From Marsupella aquatica (Eukaryota; Plantae; Marchantiophyta): DNA of 64,000 bases. The stretch covers positions 9,115,875-9,179,874 of the forward strand of contig OZ316891.1 of NCBI GenBank assembly GCA_973895155.1, read 5' to 3'. Below are positions 14,301-27,374 of this stretch, piece after piece (the first letter of the stretch is position 1; each line of letters begins with the position of its first letter). The notes below the pieces were generated by a model that was not told where the DNA came from, made no database searches, and saw only the letters and a program-made list of their open reading frames with translations. The position numbers and the translations under genes were made by a program.

Positions 14301-14500
14301 TCACATTACTTATCCCTTTACATTTGCTTAGAACAACACATTTTCTCCCTTCCATGATTTCCTACTAGCCTTCCCTAGTGACTTAGGGTTGCAAACCCTA
14401 AGTACTTTGCTAACACTACAACAACTTTCTTACTATTCCTTGTACAAACAACAAAAAAATTGACAAGTTCCTTACATACCCTATATTGAGCCGGTCCACA
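11373..14500. mobile_element. 3.1-kb non-coding TG...CA insertion (large solo LTR or non-autonomous LTR element)
   Basis: Begins TGTCAAAC and ends GTCCACA. It is flanked by the 5-bp TSD CTGGT (11368-11372 and 14501-14505), and removing it restores the host ORF. Confidence 0.85.
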
Positions 14501-14891
14501 CTGGTTGAGAGTCCAACCTTCCTTGGTATCCATCTTCCCAGCAAAATAATCAGAAGTGAGGTTCTCTCCTCTAGGGAGCAGACTAGTGCCATCGGTGCTC
14601 ACACCAAGAGCTTTGCCAACCACTTCCTTCGTCCACAACTTTGGTTGGGCTCTGATGGTATTGGTGAACTCGCTAGGAATCTCTCCAGTGAGTAGTTCAC
14701 AAAGCACGTCCTCGCTTTGCCATGCCCAAGTTAGGAGCGACAAATTTCTACATCCCATCTTCTCAAGATCGACTCTCAATTTCTCTTTCTCTTCTGGTCC
14801 GGTTGGGAGTTCAGGCCGTAGGGGCTTCAGAGCGATCGGCAAATCTTTCCTCTTGGATTTCCTCACTTTGCTCTTCACGGGGGTAGATCTC
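14501..14891 (-). pseudogene. Middle part of the same accessory ORF
   Basis: KSKVRKSKRK...EKMGCRNLSLLTWAWQSE...IRAQPKLWT...GKMDTKEGWTLNQ; in frame with both flanking pieces. Confidence 0.7.
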
Positions 14892-15337
14892 TGTTAAACA
14901 CTAATTCTTACCTACGATTAACTCAACTTAACCCTTCTCTATTCATTCACGTTTGTATTAACCGATTAATCGTCCAACAACAGGGTAATCTAGTAAATCA
15001 TTTTCATATTCTGAACATGTAATTTCTGCTGAATTTTCTTCAATGTCTACTTCTTCTTTCCACTTCCTGGGTAAAATCGTTAATACTAATCCTTCCCTGT
15101 ATACAATTTCTATAAATCCACACCACTCACGATAAGTGAAAATACAAATTGGAATACTCTCTTCCCTTAACCAACGAGTAATTAGGTGCGAACCAATCGA
15201 ACAGATGCACAGTTCAATTGGCCTGAGCCTAATTAGTGAGGAATTCTTCCTATCCTTGTCGCTAGTATTCATACTTCCAGTGATTGTGATCTGATTAGAT
15301 CCAATCATCTCATTGATACTCCCACCAGGAGTTCGAT

Positions 15338-17715
15338 GTTTTTCATCGTCGCCCAAATTAATCTTTTGAGTATGTTCCTCTTCAGTGGCACTCCAGCTGA
15401 TGACTTTTTTTGGAATATTTTTCAAAGTCGTAGAAGCTTCTTCTTCTACTAGAGCGCAATCTTGAATGCCTTGTGGGTTGATGTGATTCAATAAATCACT
15501 TCTCAAATCATGATCCATTTTCTCTCTGGTCATCCCTTGTATGTCGTCTAATTTAACCACTTCCACTTCACTAATTGGTATTAAGTCACGATGACATTTC
15601 ATATAAGTTTCTTCTTCCTCTTCATTCAACCCTTCAGCCCAATTAAGTGTACATACCCTAGCCATGGGCGGTGTGCTATCATTGATGGTACAAATCTTGA
15701 ATATTTCTCCACGATGTTCAATTTTAATATAATCTTTGTCTTCGCCCCAGTGTTGCTTAACCTTGGCCTGCCGTAGCCATGGCCATCCCAACAGCATCGG
15801 TTGCCCCATGGTAGAATTTGCGTCCCTCAGAACTACTATGCCCAGATTATACTTAATGTCGGAGATTAACATAGGTAAGTCTGGCACATAGCCTAGTGGG
15901 TGACAACTGCTCTGATCAGCCATTACTAAATTAAAAGGTGCTGGTAATAATTTCACTTTTCCCAACATTCTATACGTCCGTTCACTCATAAGATTTACTG
16001 CAGATCCTCCATCTAATAGAACATGCTTCAATTTGATTCCCTTTACACTTATTTGGACTACTGCTCCTTTATTGATTAAAGAAATTTTTCCTGCTTGATA
16101 TAAAGGTACTCCTGGCAATGTTGTTGGGGTTGTTTTACCCTCTAGCTTTCTTAACACTGCTTCCTTACATTGTGGTGCTAATTCAAATAGCTCTTCTATA
16201 GTAAGATCTACCCGTGTTTTTGATATAAGCTGCACTAGCTTGTCAGCCATCCTTTTGCTTGCTTCTTCGGGCGTTGCTGGTAGATTGTCATTATCACACG
16301 ATTGATCCGAGTGTAAATCGTGGATTGGTTCTTGTTCTTCCAAAATCTCGGTTTCAACCTCAGCGTAGGGTTCAAAACGTGTTAATCGTCCTGGTTGAGG
16401 TAATACCTCGTTTTGCTGTTCTCGACGAATCCTGTCAGCCACATTGTGTGTCGTCGTGTCCATACGCTGCCAATCAAAAATGGCCTCATTCCCGGTCGGA
16501 AGGTCTTCTGGCGCCGACTCTCTAAGCTGTCCTTGAGATCTAGTTACCACATAAGCCGCTACCTTTACTGTGTTTACCGGTGCTGGGGTTTTTGCTGCAA
16601 CTTCTTCCTTTTCCTTCATGTGTTTCATCCATAATTCGCAATCTGGGCCTCTTATGTGTCCTGTCAGTCGACAGTAAAAACAAATAGGGGGGTATTTGAC
16701 TCCCCCTTCTTTATATGGCCTCCGATTAGGATTTTTGTCAGGATTGTAGTAACCTTGGCTAGCCTCTATACGATCTCCCTCTTGTTTACTTGTTCCTACA
16801 TGATTGACTCCCACATTTGTTCTTTTCTTAAAAGGATTTTGGTTACATTCTTGAGTGGTATGCCTTGGCCTCATGTGAATTTTGCAAAATTTCTGGTTAC
16901 TATTCTCGTTCCGTTCTCTGTTTTCCTGTCGTTCCTTAATCTCTTTGCTTTCAATTTTAGCTGTTTTTGCCTTACGACTCACTTTTTCCTCATCTTTACT
17001 GCTTTCATTTTTCTCCTGATTCAACATTTGAGTGATGCCTTCTAATTGTATTAATCTCTTTTCATACTCATCCGCGTTAGAAGCAGGATTTTGTTCTACC
17101 ACGGTTACTAGACTTCCTTTTACTGCTTTCCTCATCCAACTAATCCTTTGACCATCTGAGGGTTTGTTTGTTAATCGTCTCATAGTTACTTTTAATCGTC
17201 CGATATAATTTTGCACCGGTTCACCCTTCTTTTGTGTCATGTTCTGTAGTATACTGTAAAGATCTGACTCTTCTTTTGCTCTCCTATAATGATCTAGAAA
17301 CTCTTTTGCAAAATCAGGCCAGGTTTTTAAGTGATCAGCGGGAAATTGTGTGTACCATAAATGCTTCCTTGTCCAAAGAACTCGGAAATAGCTCTAATCG
17401 TGTTGTATCGTTTTGTTCATGATTAGCTCTGAGCATCTCCTCAAACCGAGCCAAATGTGTATCTGCATCCTCATCCGATGCTCCTTTAAAAGTTGGTATT
17501 TTAACTTGCCGTGTTGCAGTTGGCACTATTCTCAAGTTACTTCCGCCTGTAGGTTGAATCTTAAGTCGCTCCATTGTATCTTCTATAACTTGCTCTTCTC
17601 TCTCTTGTGCTCTGGATGTTTCAATTTTGTCGTTGATTTCTACTCTTGGTCTACTTTCTTGAAAGGCTTCAAATTCACTCTCCATCTCTTCTTCTCTAAT
17701 TGGTGTTTTACCCAT
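15338..17715 (-). pseudogene. Gypsy gag-protease, frameshift near 17350, RT/RNaseH/integrase deleted
   Basis: KIPTFKGASDEDADTHLARFE (gag); knuckles CKIHMRPRHTTQEC and CFYCRLTGHIRGPDC; aspartic protease VLLDGGSAVNLM...MLLGWPWL. Confidence 0.9.
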
Positions 17716-18572
17716 CTATCAATTGTACTTAATCAAGATCAATCAACCATCATTCACAACTTCAAGGTAAAGTCATTTCCAAAAATTTGTTGCAATTGAA
17801 TAATAATCCGCGTTCTCAGTGCATACAAGATTGCTACCATCTCCTTTACTTAACTGCGACTATGTGCTCCATTGGAACAACATCTATTCGCTAATTGTGG
17901 GTGTATAATCCTCTGGAGTCATCAACTTCGTCTCGAAGCACATCGTTAGTAGCTGGGCTAACAAATAATACTCGAAACTATCCTCCTTGCACCATAACAT
18001 ACAACTTTTGCAAGCTCTTGTATTCTCTTTAAGCTTTATACTCAGCCGTCTAGTAATCCTACCAATTTGGAGTGCGATTGCTACTGGATACTCGTTGCGA
18101 TTCCATCGACACCATTCCAACACTCTCTTTAACTCAACTTTCTTCTTTGGAAGTCGACTTGGTATGCAACACCTCGGCAGATTGTTACTGGGCACCATTA
18201 TCACTGCTGTTGAAGGTCTTGTGTAGACTGAGCCAAGGATGTGTTTCGCGTCTACAAACTCCCCACACTCCGTTACGTGCTTCTCGTATCACCAGTTCGG
18301 TCTCAGCCGCGGTGGTATGCACAATCAGTATGACGTCTCCTCTTCTAGCATTGTTTTCTCCGCTTATCAAGTTCTTGTACTCTTCTTCATTCAGCGTCGT
18401 AATAATGGGCAGTTCCGCGTCTTCATTAAAATAGAATAATGTCCAAAATTATTTCCTCTCACTCATTTTTTTTCTTCCATTGAACTCACTTCTTGATCTG
18501 TTTCCAATCGTTTCTTGGTTTGGACTGCAAGTACTAGCAGCTTCCTTCTCTAGGAACCCTTCAAAGAGGCAT

Positions 18573-18590
18573 TCCCCAATATGGTCGCCA
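18573..18590 (-). promoter_or_regulatory. Primer-binding site, probably tRNA-Arg type
   Basis: TGGCGACCATATTGGGGA begins 3 nt inside the 5' LTR end. Confidence 0.65.
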
Positions 18591-19850
18591 AAATGTTAAA
18601 CACTAATTCTTACCTACGATTAACTCAACTTAACCCTTCTCTATTCATTTGCGTTTGTATTAACCGATTAATCGTCCAACAACAGGGTAATCTAGTAAAT
18701 CGTTTTCATATTTCAAACATGTAATTTCCGCTGAATGTTCTTCGATGTCTACTTCTTCTTTCCACTTCCTGGGTACAATCAACTCAGTTAATACTAATCC
18801 TTCCCTGTATACAATTTCTATAAATCCACACCACTCACGATATGTGAATATACAAATTGGAATACTCTTTTCCCTTAACCGACGAGTAATTAGGTGCGAA
18901 CCAATCGAACAGATCCACAGTTCAATTGGCCTGAGCCTAATTAGTGAGGAATTCTTCCTATCCTCGTTGCTAGTATTCATACTTCCAGTGATTGTGATCT
19001 GATTAGATCCAATCGTCTCATTGATACTCCCACCAGGAGTTTGATCAATTACTTATGCTACGAAGTAGATCAAGAAAGGCTATTTGTAAGTAGAATGTCA
19101 ATTCAACAATTACTCCGTTATGCTGCAGGTGTATGATAATTAGATTGTCATTCTCAAAACACACACACCTCAGCCAGACTCCACTGCTTATGAGTTGTCT
19201 GTTGGTTTGATTCCGTAAGGTGTTACTCCTCAACGTGTTCACTCTGAGTGAATTAATCCTCATTCATTCTTGCGGTTGGAATATGACCGTCTTAACATAC
19301 TTCTGTCTAATCCTCGGTTTATAACTTTAACAGATTCAACTCTCTTTATAATTCTGATTGTCTTACTCGATCTTCTCTTTAATTTTCCCTCTCCTCAATT
19401 CTGAATCCCTTCACTCTCAATTCTTAATCTCGTAGTCAATCACCATCTCTTTCTGTAGACCCTCTCAACAAGGTACTCATCCACGAATAATTCATTAGGT
19501 TGTGTCATAATGATTTCTTTACTTCTCAACATCGAAAATTCTACTCACATCTAAGTAGGGAACACTTAAACAGATCTACTGATCATCTTAAGGAAAGTCT
19601 GGCTTCGCCTTTCAATCAGATTACCTATTGCAAAAGTGACACCCTGTTCTACGCTCTTGCCTGTCTTAAATACTATCTTCCGGCAAAATTATCGGTCTTC
19701 AAACTGTCCGACTAACAAAAATAGTTATCTAACTTACTAATCGAACATAACTGCATAGCAGTTAATAAACTGCTATTTTCCGGTTACTAAACCGCAATCC
19801 GTAGTTTCCAGTTGGTATACTCTGTTCAACTAAGACTACTGCATCAAACA

Positions 19851-20300
19851 TCTCTGTAAGCGATTGGTGGTTGGAGTTGTGGTTTCTGAACTGCCAACTG
19901 TTAAGCTTCTCAATTCTTATGTCACATGATAAACATTCAATGGATCTTCCGGTTCACTAATGTTCCGAAAAACGATTACTCGTTCAACGGCGATTAGCCT
20001 CCAGCAGTGACATTGTCGTTGATCGAGTTCTCGTCCCAATGTCAGGTTCCACTTTGATGACATGACTCCCTTGCAAAATTCTTCAACAGCTTCTTGAGTA
20101 GTCAACTGTTGTTGGAAAGTTTCACCATTCATGCCGAAAAGCTGTTGCCCTACTTCATTCCATACTCGGCAGTCTCCCTCCCTAAGGCGGATCATAAATC
20201 AAAACATGGGCTTCCCCTCTCCTACGAGCTTGCAAAAATGAGTGCCTCGATCCCTACTGAAAATGTTCGATCGTTCTTCTCTCCTTTGCCTTCATTGTCT
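19851..20300 (-). pseudogene. N-terminal part of the split accessory ORF, with an RPA1 C-terminal OB-fold-like segment
   Basis: HFCKLVGEGKPMF*FMIRLREGDCRVWNEVGQQLFGMNGETFQ. It continues, across a stop at 19917, in frame into 14891 once the Gypsy element is removed. Confidence 0.5.
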
Positions 20301-23300
20301 TGCTTTCACCCCCAGAGCGCAATCTCTGTCGTCTCCTAGCTTGGTATCGCATCCTTCATAGCAAAACCCTAATCCGGTACCACTCCAAATAGCAAAAATT
20401 GTCGTGCCTTCTAATGTTAGTCTCCCATCCATCTTACTAAACTATTTCCACCTGCCACTGATCCCCTTAAATGCTTGATCTATTATCTTCCGCTTGACGT
20501 TTCTCCACTAATTCTACTTAATTATTTCCTTGGTTTACAATCTCTCCTTGGCTTTCTCCGCGGGTGGAGCTCTCAAATTCCTCATGACGGCTCAACCAGA
20601 TTCACACAATCAGTAGCCGGTTCAGGGCAGCGGCCGGTTCAAACGTCAATCCCTAACTGACAAGCTTCCTTTACCAAGAACGAAATCTAACTAATTCCCC
20701 AGCCTTCCCTCCACAAGTAGGAGTAGGCTTCCACCTCACACAAATCCGTCAAATCTCTCTTATACCTTGCACTCACAGATTACTAGAAGGGTCCTCTCCT
20801 CCGGACCAAAGATCCTCAACCAGACGGAAGAGATTCCTCACCCTAGCGTGTTAACTTGCTACCCACTCGGGAGCTCAAGACTTACTTCGTTCAGCCTTGA
20901 GAGTTGTGGAAAGAGAGAGACCAGTTCAACCACTTTTGGTCTTCGAGGTGGTTGTGAAGCGTTTCAGAACTTATGGTTTTACGGTTCAACCGTTCGCTGT
21001 AGCGCCATCCTTTGCCGGAAAGGACCGGGTCTGAATAATGTTGAAGCCAGCCTTATCAATCAGGGAGGTTCAACCGGATTTCCTCCTCTCAAACCGTCCA
21101 CTCTTTTCCATAGCAACTTTTAGTACCTTTAAGCACTCATAATGGATTAAATGGGTTTAAGGTATGGAAGGTTGTGCTTTAAGGGGCAAATTTTTTTTAA
21201 TTTCCCTTCATTTCTCCTCTTACCAAATAACCACCATCTCACAAACAATGAAGAGATGTTGTCAAACAACAAAATCTGACTCTCAACTAAAAGGAATGGA
21301 AGAGGAAATGGTGGCTCAATTATTTGATTTTGAGCTTCCACATGAGAACATCTCCAAGACTTGAGATTTTTGCATGAACTATTGTCATTACTTAGTCGTT
21401 TAGACAAAATCATTCAATATGTTCTTCCTAATCAAAATCTCTTCCCCCCCCCCCAAACTCAAATATTGATTACTTGTTTGTTGAGCCAATTTTTGCCAGC
21501 AATTTTACTTACAAATGTTGTTGGTCGTTGCCATTGTGATCAAGTTTCTTTCAAAGCTTTACATCCTCTTCTTTGTTGTGTCCAACTATGCTCGTTTTTC
21601 AAGTGACCCGAGCTCCACTTTGCTAAAAGAAACAAAGGCTCTCATAATAGACCTAGTTTTGATAGAGCTAGCATTGGACATCATTGTCAAAAGAATAGGT
21701 TTTGTAATCACAAATCTCAAAGTGGGAAAGAGTTCTAGTTCTTCCCCCAACTCGTCTGCAAATTTCACAATTTGCTACATATATCCCTGGATAGAAAACC
21801 CTTGCAACGCTCTAATGTTGTAAGCAATGCAAAACAAGATTGTTGAGGCTTCCCGTCTCCTGATAAAATGATCTATTAGGGAAATATTGCACAACACAAT
21901 GTCACAGTTCACCCCGTCTGGGCTACGTCCATGACAAAGAGAAGAAATCACAATGCACAACCCAGTACATCCACGACAACGTGGCAAGCTTGCAAGCTTC
22001 TCTATGAGTGTTCCTCTCCTCTCATCTCGCTCTCTAGTCTCCAACTCTTGAAGACTTGTCTCTAGTGTGAACACAATGAAGTGCTCCTCTTGGGTTATAT
22101 CCCCTCTCCACTAGTCTAACCTGAGCAAACTCAATTAGTTTGTGGACCACTATCTCTTTAATTTGTGTTTGTAGTTTTAGATGTTAAGATTGAAATGTAG
22201 TCGATATTGATGTTGGACAATGTGTGATGTTGAAGATGTATTTATTGGTAGTTGAATTTTTTAATACATTATAGTATTTGGTAATTTAAAAGTTGCTATT
22301 ACATGAAAAAGTTGTTTTATTGTTTTGTTCTATTGATTCACATGGCATTGAATTTGTGCTTGGATGTCGTGGCTTGAGTTGGCTTGTCTGTTTTGATTTT
22401 GGCAGGCCCATCGATTAGCAAACCCTGGTGTTGCTCCTCCTGAGTTTGTCGATTAGGGATAGAGATTGTTTTTGTGTTAGCTGCCCTACGAGCATATCAA
22501 GTGGCATCTTAAAGTCATGCCTTAATCTCGTGAGTTGCTCTACGCAAGCTCCTTTAGTGACTTGGATGTACTTGTGCATCCCATCTTTGTAAGTAAGTTG
22601 CTCCTCTTCGAGAGGAACTGCCATGTACCTGAGGATTTCCTTTATGACTCATGCATTGGTTTTCATCATGGAGTTAGTATTTAATCTGCGCATGAGATAG
22701 TTTGAGATGAAGTTGACTCTCAAGTTGACTTAATTAGTTAGTTTGGTTTTTTTGTGGTTTGTCTTGGTAGTGGTTGTAGAAGTCCACTTTGAATGATTTC
22801 CTCTCTTCAATCATTTGGAAAGTTCTCTCCGATTGATTTTGTTGACCATCTCAGTGGTCTCGATCCCAAGACCATTGCCATATACCCAGAACTTGCAACA
22901 AACACAAAATGCAAAGTTATTTTGATACGGACCCCATTATAAGTCATCATTAATGATGACGCGTGCTATGGAGTCTCAAATTTTGGAAGGGACCTCTAAT
23001 GGGGTCTTTAACCATGGTTAAGTTGCACCCGAGTTAACCTAATCAAGCGCACTACAGTTAAATACCAAGTGAACATGCTCTTGACATTTACAATGTACAA
23101 TCTCAAACATGGTTACTTGTTGCATGAGATTAATTGTACAACTTTCCCCAACCAGGTTGTATCAAAATTTATTTTCTATGATTTTTAAATGATTGAAGCA
23201 TTAAAAATATGGTTATAGCAAGTTAAATTTACCCCCACTTCTTTGTTTTTTGGCATGCAAAATTAAAAATTTCTCAAGTTTTTACCATCTTGCTTATAAT

Positions 23301-23467
23301 TACCATTCTTGGGTCTAACTACTTTTGCAGGCATCACGATATATGCTAATGCTCCAATATTCTGTTGGATATGTGGTGCATCCCTAGTCTCAACCAGTCG
23401 TAGCTCCAATGTCTCACTAATATTACAAGCCACCTAGAAACTCCCCACTGTCGAGTATGCACTGGAA

Positions 23468-23680
23468 TTGCCTCACTGTACCTATACTAATGGATTTCTA
23501 CATTTGAGGAATCGGTCCTATGTTGTGGCTAGGGGTCGGAACCCTTGTCCATACAAATGTTGGGAAGAAGCTTTGCAACAAATCTTTGGTTACAATGGCA
23601 ACAAACATATTAAACCTTTCACTTTTAGATTAGAAGCAAAGTACGTAGTGGTTAAGCTTCCATATTCAAGTTTAGGCTAG
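23468..23680 (+). pseudogene. RNase H1 N-terminal hybrid-binding / caulimovirus viroplasmin-like domain fragment
   Basis: SYVVARGRNPCPYKCWEEALQQIFGYNGNKHIKPFTFRLEA fits the YxVxxGRxPGxYxxWxExxxQxxGY...KxF...EA consensus. Confidence 0.6.
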
Positions 23681-26600
23681 AGAATGTAGGCTTGCATGGC
23701 CACAAGTTTACCCTAGGCACTTCCTATTTTGGAAAGAGAAGCATCCTAGCCATCTAGAAACAAATTTTGTGGGTTCAGCAATGAGTTTAGATTAAATAAA
23801 ATGAGGTTGCCGCAACACTTTTTCAAAATGTTAATGTGTTTAGCTTCACTATAGTTGTATGTGCAAGCCCAATTCAGGTTTGCCAAGGTCAATGAAACAA
23901 TTGTCTCACAAAGTTTGGCCCTACTTATTGTGTGACACACTAGCTAACAACTATATATATAATCCACTGTCACTGTCCGTTGGATTAATGAATTCTCCAC
24001 CATTTACTTGTGACAATTATATATCCCCAATCTCCTGTTCATTCTTCATCATCTGGCGTATAGGTCTCTTTCCTTTCAGCAACTATGTCAATCATGAACT
24101 CTTTGTCCTCCTCCTCACACACCAGATTTGACTTAACTTGTGACTATCCTCACCATGTGAGTTGCTATTGGACCTACATTCAATATGCGATGAAGCACCA
24201 ACAATAAGAAGCGTAGCTTTCTCCTCTATTAGGGGGTCTCAGTATTAATTGGTGATGAGACGTGTTTTGACAGGCATACATGTGGGTCCCTAAAATAGGT
24301 GACAACACTCAATGACGGGAAAAATTATTCTTTGGAATACAATTTTGAGATGACCCAAGATTGACGTTTGACGGGCTCAGCAGGTAACCAAGATAGCACT
24401 AAGCAACAAATTGTGAGCTTGTCGCTCACTTCCTACCGCCATAGTCTTTAGTCGCAATTCAAAATTCAGCAGCACCATGCTGGTTGTAGAGTTCCACTCT
24501 TGAGCTCATAGCTTGGACACCATGGAGGATGAAGTCATTAATTTTGGAATCCCATATTCAAAGCACCTGCAACAGATCTTTCAAAACATTGTGAGGAATA
24601 GTGGACCACAAAGAGATTTGTGCCCTCCACGGCCTGTAGGAGTTCAAGTTGCAATGGCAGGATTGAGTGGAAATGGAGGGATCCATGCTCAAGTAAGGCT
24701 TTAATCCTCCTTCAATGTTGTCGTGTGGAGGCAGGGAGAGCTCGAGTGGACAGGATCAAAGCTATATAAGGGCAGACGATTACTCCTTGATTATTTAGAG
24801 ATTCTTGAAAATTTCAATGTCTTTCATGGGGCTAGAAGAAAGACACAATTAGGAGGGAAGATACCAGACCAAGAATCCATTTTTCCATTTTCTTTAAGTA
24901 CTCTTGGCTGATTTTTTCTTTGGTTGATGCTCCAATTGCACTGCGTTGTCCTTCTCCTTGGAGCAAGTAGTTGCAAACACATTTAAGATTCAATTCCTAT
25001 TTTGAAGCTGTAAATTTGGCTGCTTAGTTTCCTCAATCTTCCTCCACCAATTGATTGTGGTCCTTATCAAATGTAATGTCCGCTAGCTCACCCATCAATA
25101 TTGTAGCGATCTTCTTATTTTTTGTACAATTGAGTACCTCCTCTTCACACATACGCACCAGTCTACATTTCTCTATATGAGGTTCATCTTCCTCCTCATA
25201 GTACATCAACTTGACTGTATATGGTTTCAACTGCCTCCTTTGGTGGATCTTTCACATAATGAACAATTGTAAACTCTTTGGTTTTATCGTTGGGTCTCCA
25301 CCTTTGCTTCATAGCAACCAACTTTATATTCAACGCATATTGAGGAATATTCTAGCATTTGGATATAAAATGTTCATTGATGTATAATTGTTTGTACATT
25401 GTTTTAAAGAACAATTTACATTTAGATTTATTATTTATGGCATTACGCTATAATTTGAAAATTTTATATTATAATTATAATAGGATATATTGGTTTGATT
25501 CCTAGCAAGATATCAAATTGTAAATATTTTCTACAATTCAAGGTGTAATGGTTTTTGTTGACCTTCTATCAAACACAAATGAACTGGTTTATTTGCTATC
25601 ACAAACATAGATGTTCTTATAGACTATCACATAAAACAATGACGTGACCACACATGGTGTTAGGAAATTTGGAAGAGACTTCCCATAGAGGCACGTAGTA
25701 TTGAAATTTGAAAAAGAAAAAAATTAATGAAAGATTTTTTATATCAGAAGTGTGATTTAATGGAAGATTTTTTATATCACACGCATTTGGGGTAACTCAA
25801 AAGATCTCTACTTTCTTAAGTTCACCAAAAATATTTTGCATAATATTTTGTATACATAAAAAAAATCACACCTAATTTATTCATGTTACAAAACTCTCAT
25901 AATCAACTATATAGTGTCTTCCACTCTATGAAGTTCAAAAATTGTTTTCATTATTCATTTTTTTCCATAAAGGACATTTGATAATCTACAATAACCATAC
26001 TAAAATCATGAGAATTTAACTTATAAATAAGATTTTGTTGGATGCTAACAAATGTAATTATTCATAACTATGAACAAAAATCAGGTGTGTGTTCTTGTGA
26101 AAGAAAAATAATAAGATGATAAGATGATTTAAGGTATATATGTGGTTTAAGATGACACTCAATATTTTGTAAAAAATCATAAATTAAACAAAAAACAAAT
26201 AATTAATAAATAAAAACAAATATATTTATTTTTAAAGATATGGTTTAGTGATCTTTTAACTTTATCTCTATATCTTGAAAAAATAGCAATTACATTATTT
26301 AAGATGTTATTATTCAAAGATAACATTGCCATAATTGTTCATTAAATTTTGTTATTTTTCAATTAAAATGTTATTTTTATTTTTAAGGAGAAATCTGCAA
26401 AACCCCATAAAATGGGGACGGTTAGTCACAACATTTGAACACAAGATCTATCAGTCTTCACTCAAGTGAGCTACCACTCAGCTGTGCCTCTTTGGGAAAA
26501 TGTCACTTATTTTTAAATATATTGATTTATCTTACATGCAATACTTATCTTGCAAGATAGATCATCATTCATGTAAAATCAAAAATTGACAATATATATT

Positions 26601-27349
26601 AAAGTTTGAATTAGGCACCAACCAACAAATAATCCAATATGAATCAAAATTATAGTTTTGATGAGTTTTACTTTGGATGACAATTGCACATCAATTGTCA
26701 TACAAGAAGGAGGGCTAGACTTCTTAGTACAATAAAACAAATTTCAAGGTCTAAAATGTTTTTTTGCAAATCTTGTCACATGCACAAGGGATAAACTCCA
26801 AAGAATTTATTTGCAATGACTATCTATTTTGACTCAAATGAGACTGAAAACTATATATATAAAGTATTGAATGACATAGAAAAAATTCACTTTACAACTC
26901 CTAAAACTAAACTAAATAGTCAAAATAGGATGTCTTGGATATCTTTGGCTAAGGACATCAAATACGTCAAAGACATTTTATTTTGGAGCTCATTTTGCAT
27001 TGGTAATTTTAATAATTACTCTTTGGCTCAAAATAGTACAGTTTACATTTTTGGTGAGGGGTTAACTTAAGCAAGTTAAGAGACCTTAAATAAAGTGTAA
27101 GGTCCTTCTCTTTTGCTACTACCATTGTTTGCTAACATCGCATACTCTTTTTTGTTCAATGTGATAATGATTGGTAACTTTAAATTCTTCTCAAAATAGA
27201 TCAAATTAAGAGCATATATAATTCCTTCTTCAAACTCATGTTCTCTTCCTATTATTCTAGTTCATGATTTTTCTCTAACAATTTCTTGGTTTGGGCTGTT
27301 GGTCTTAGGAGCTTTTCTTGTTGCGGAATCTTTTAATAAGGCAATCTAA

Positions 27350-27374
27350 AGTATGGTCGCCAAAAATGTTAAAC
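27350..27374 (-). mobile_element. PBS plus LTR end remnant related to the 14.9-19.9 kb Gypsy family
   Basis: TATGGTCGCCAAAAATGTTAAAC closely matches 18580-18601. Confidence 0.5.

Larger units (their letters stand above)
14892..19850 (-). mobile_element. Internally deleted Ty3/Gypsy LTR retrotransposon (5' LTR 18594-19850, 3' LTR remnant 14892-15337)
   Basis: Near-identical direct repeat 14892-15337 vs 18594-19045. Termini are TGTT...AACA and the TSD is TCTC. A PBS TGGCGACCATATTGGGGA lies next to the 5' LTR, and the element contains a gag-protease ORF. Confidence 0.9.

Noticed and set aside
14958-15337. C-terminal ~125 aa of the 760-aa ORF, and ORF 18660-18980, as a protein domain
   Set aside because: These are translations of LTR sequence brought in frame by a deletion.
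24500-25330. Decayed minus-strand coding-like segment
   Set aside because: Multiple stops and no recognisable motif; cannot be assigned.
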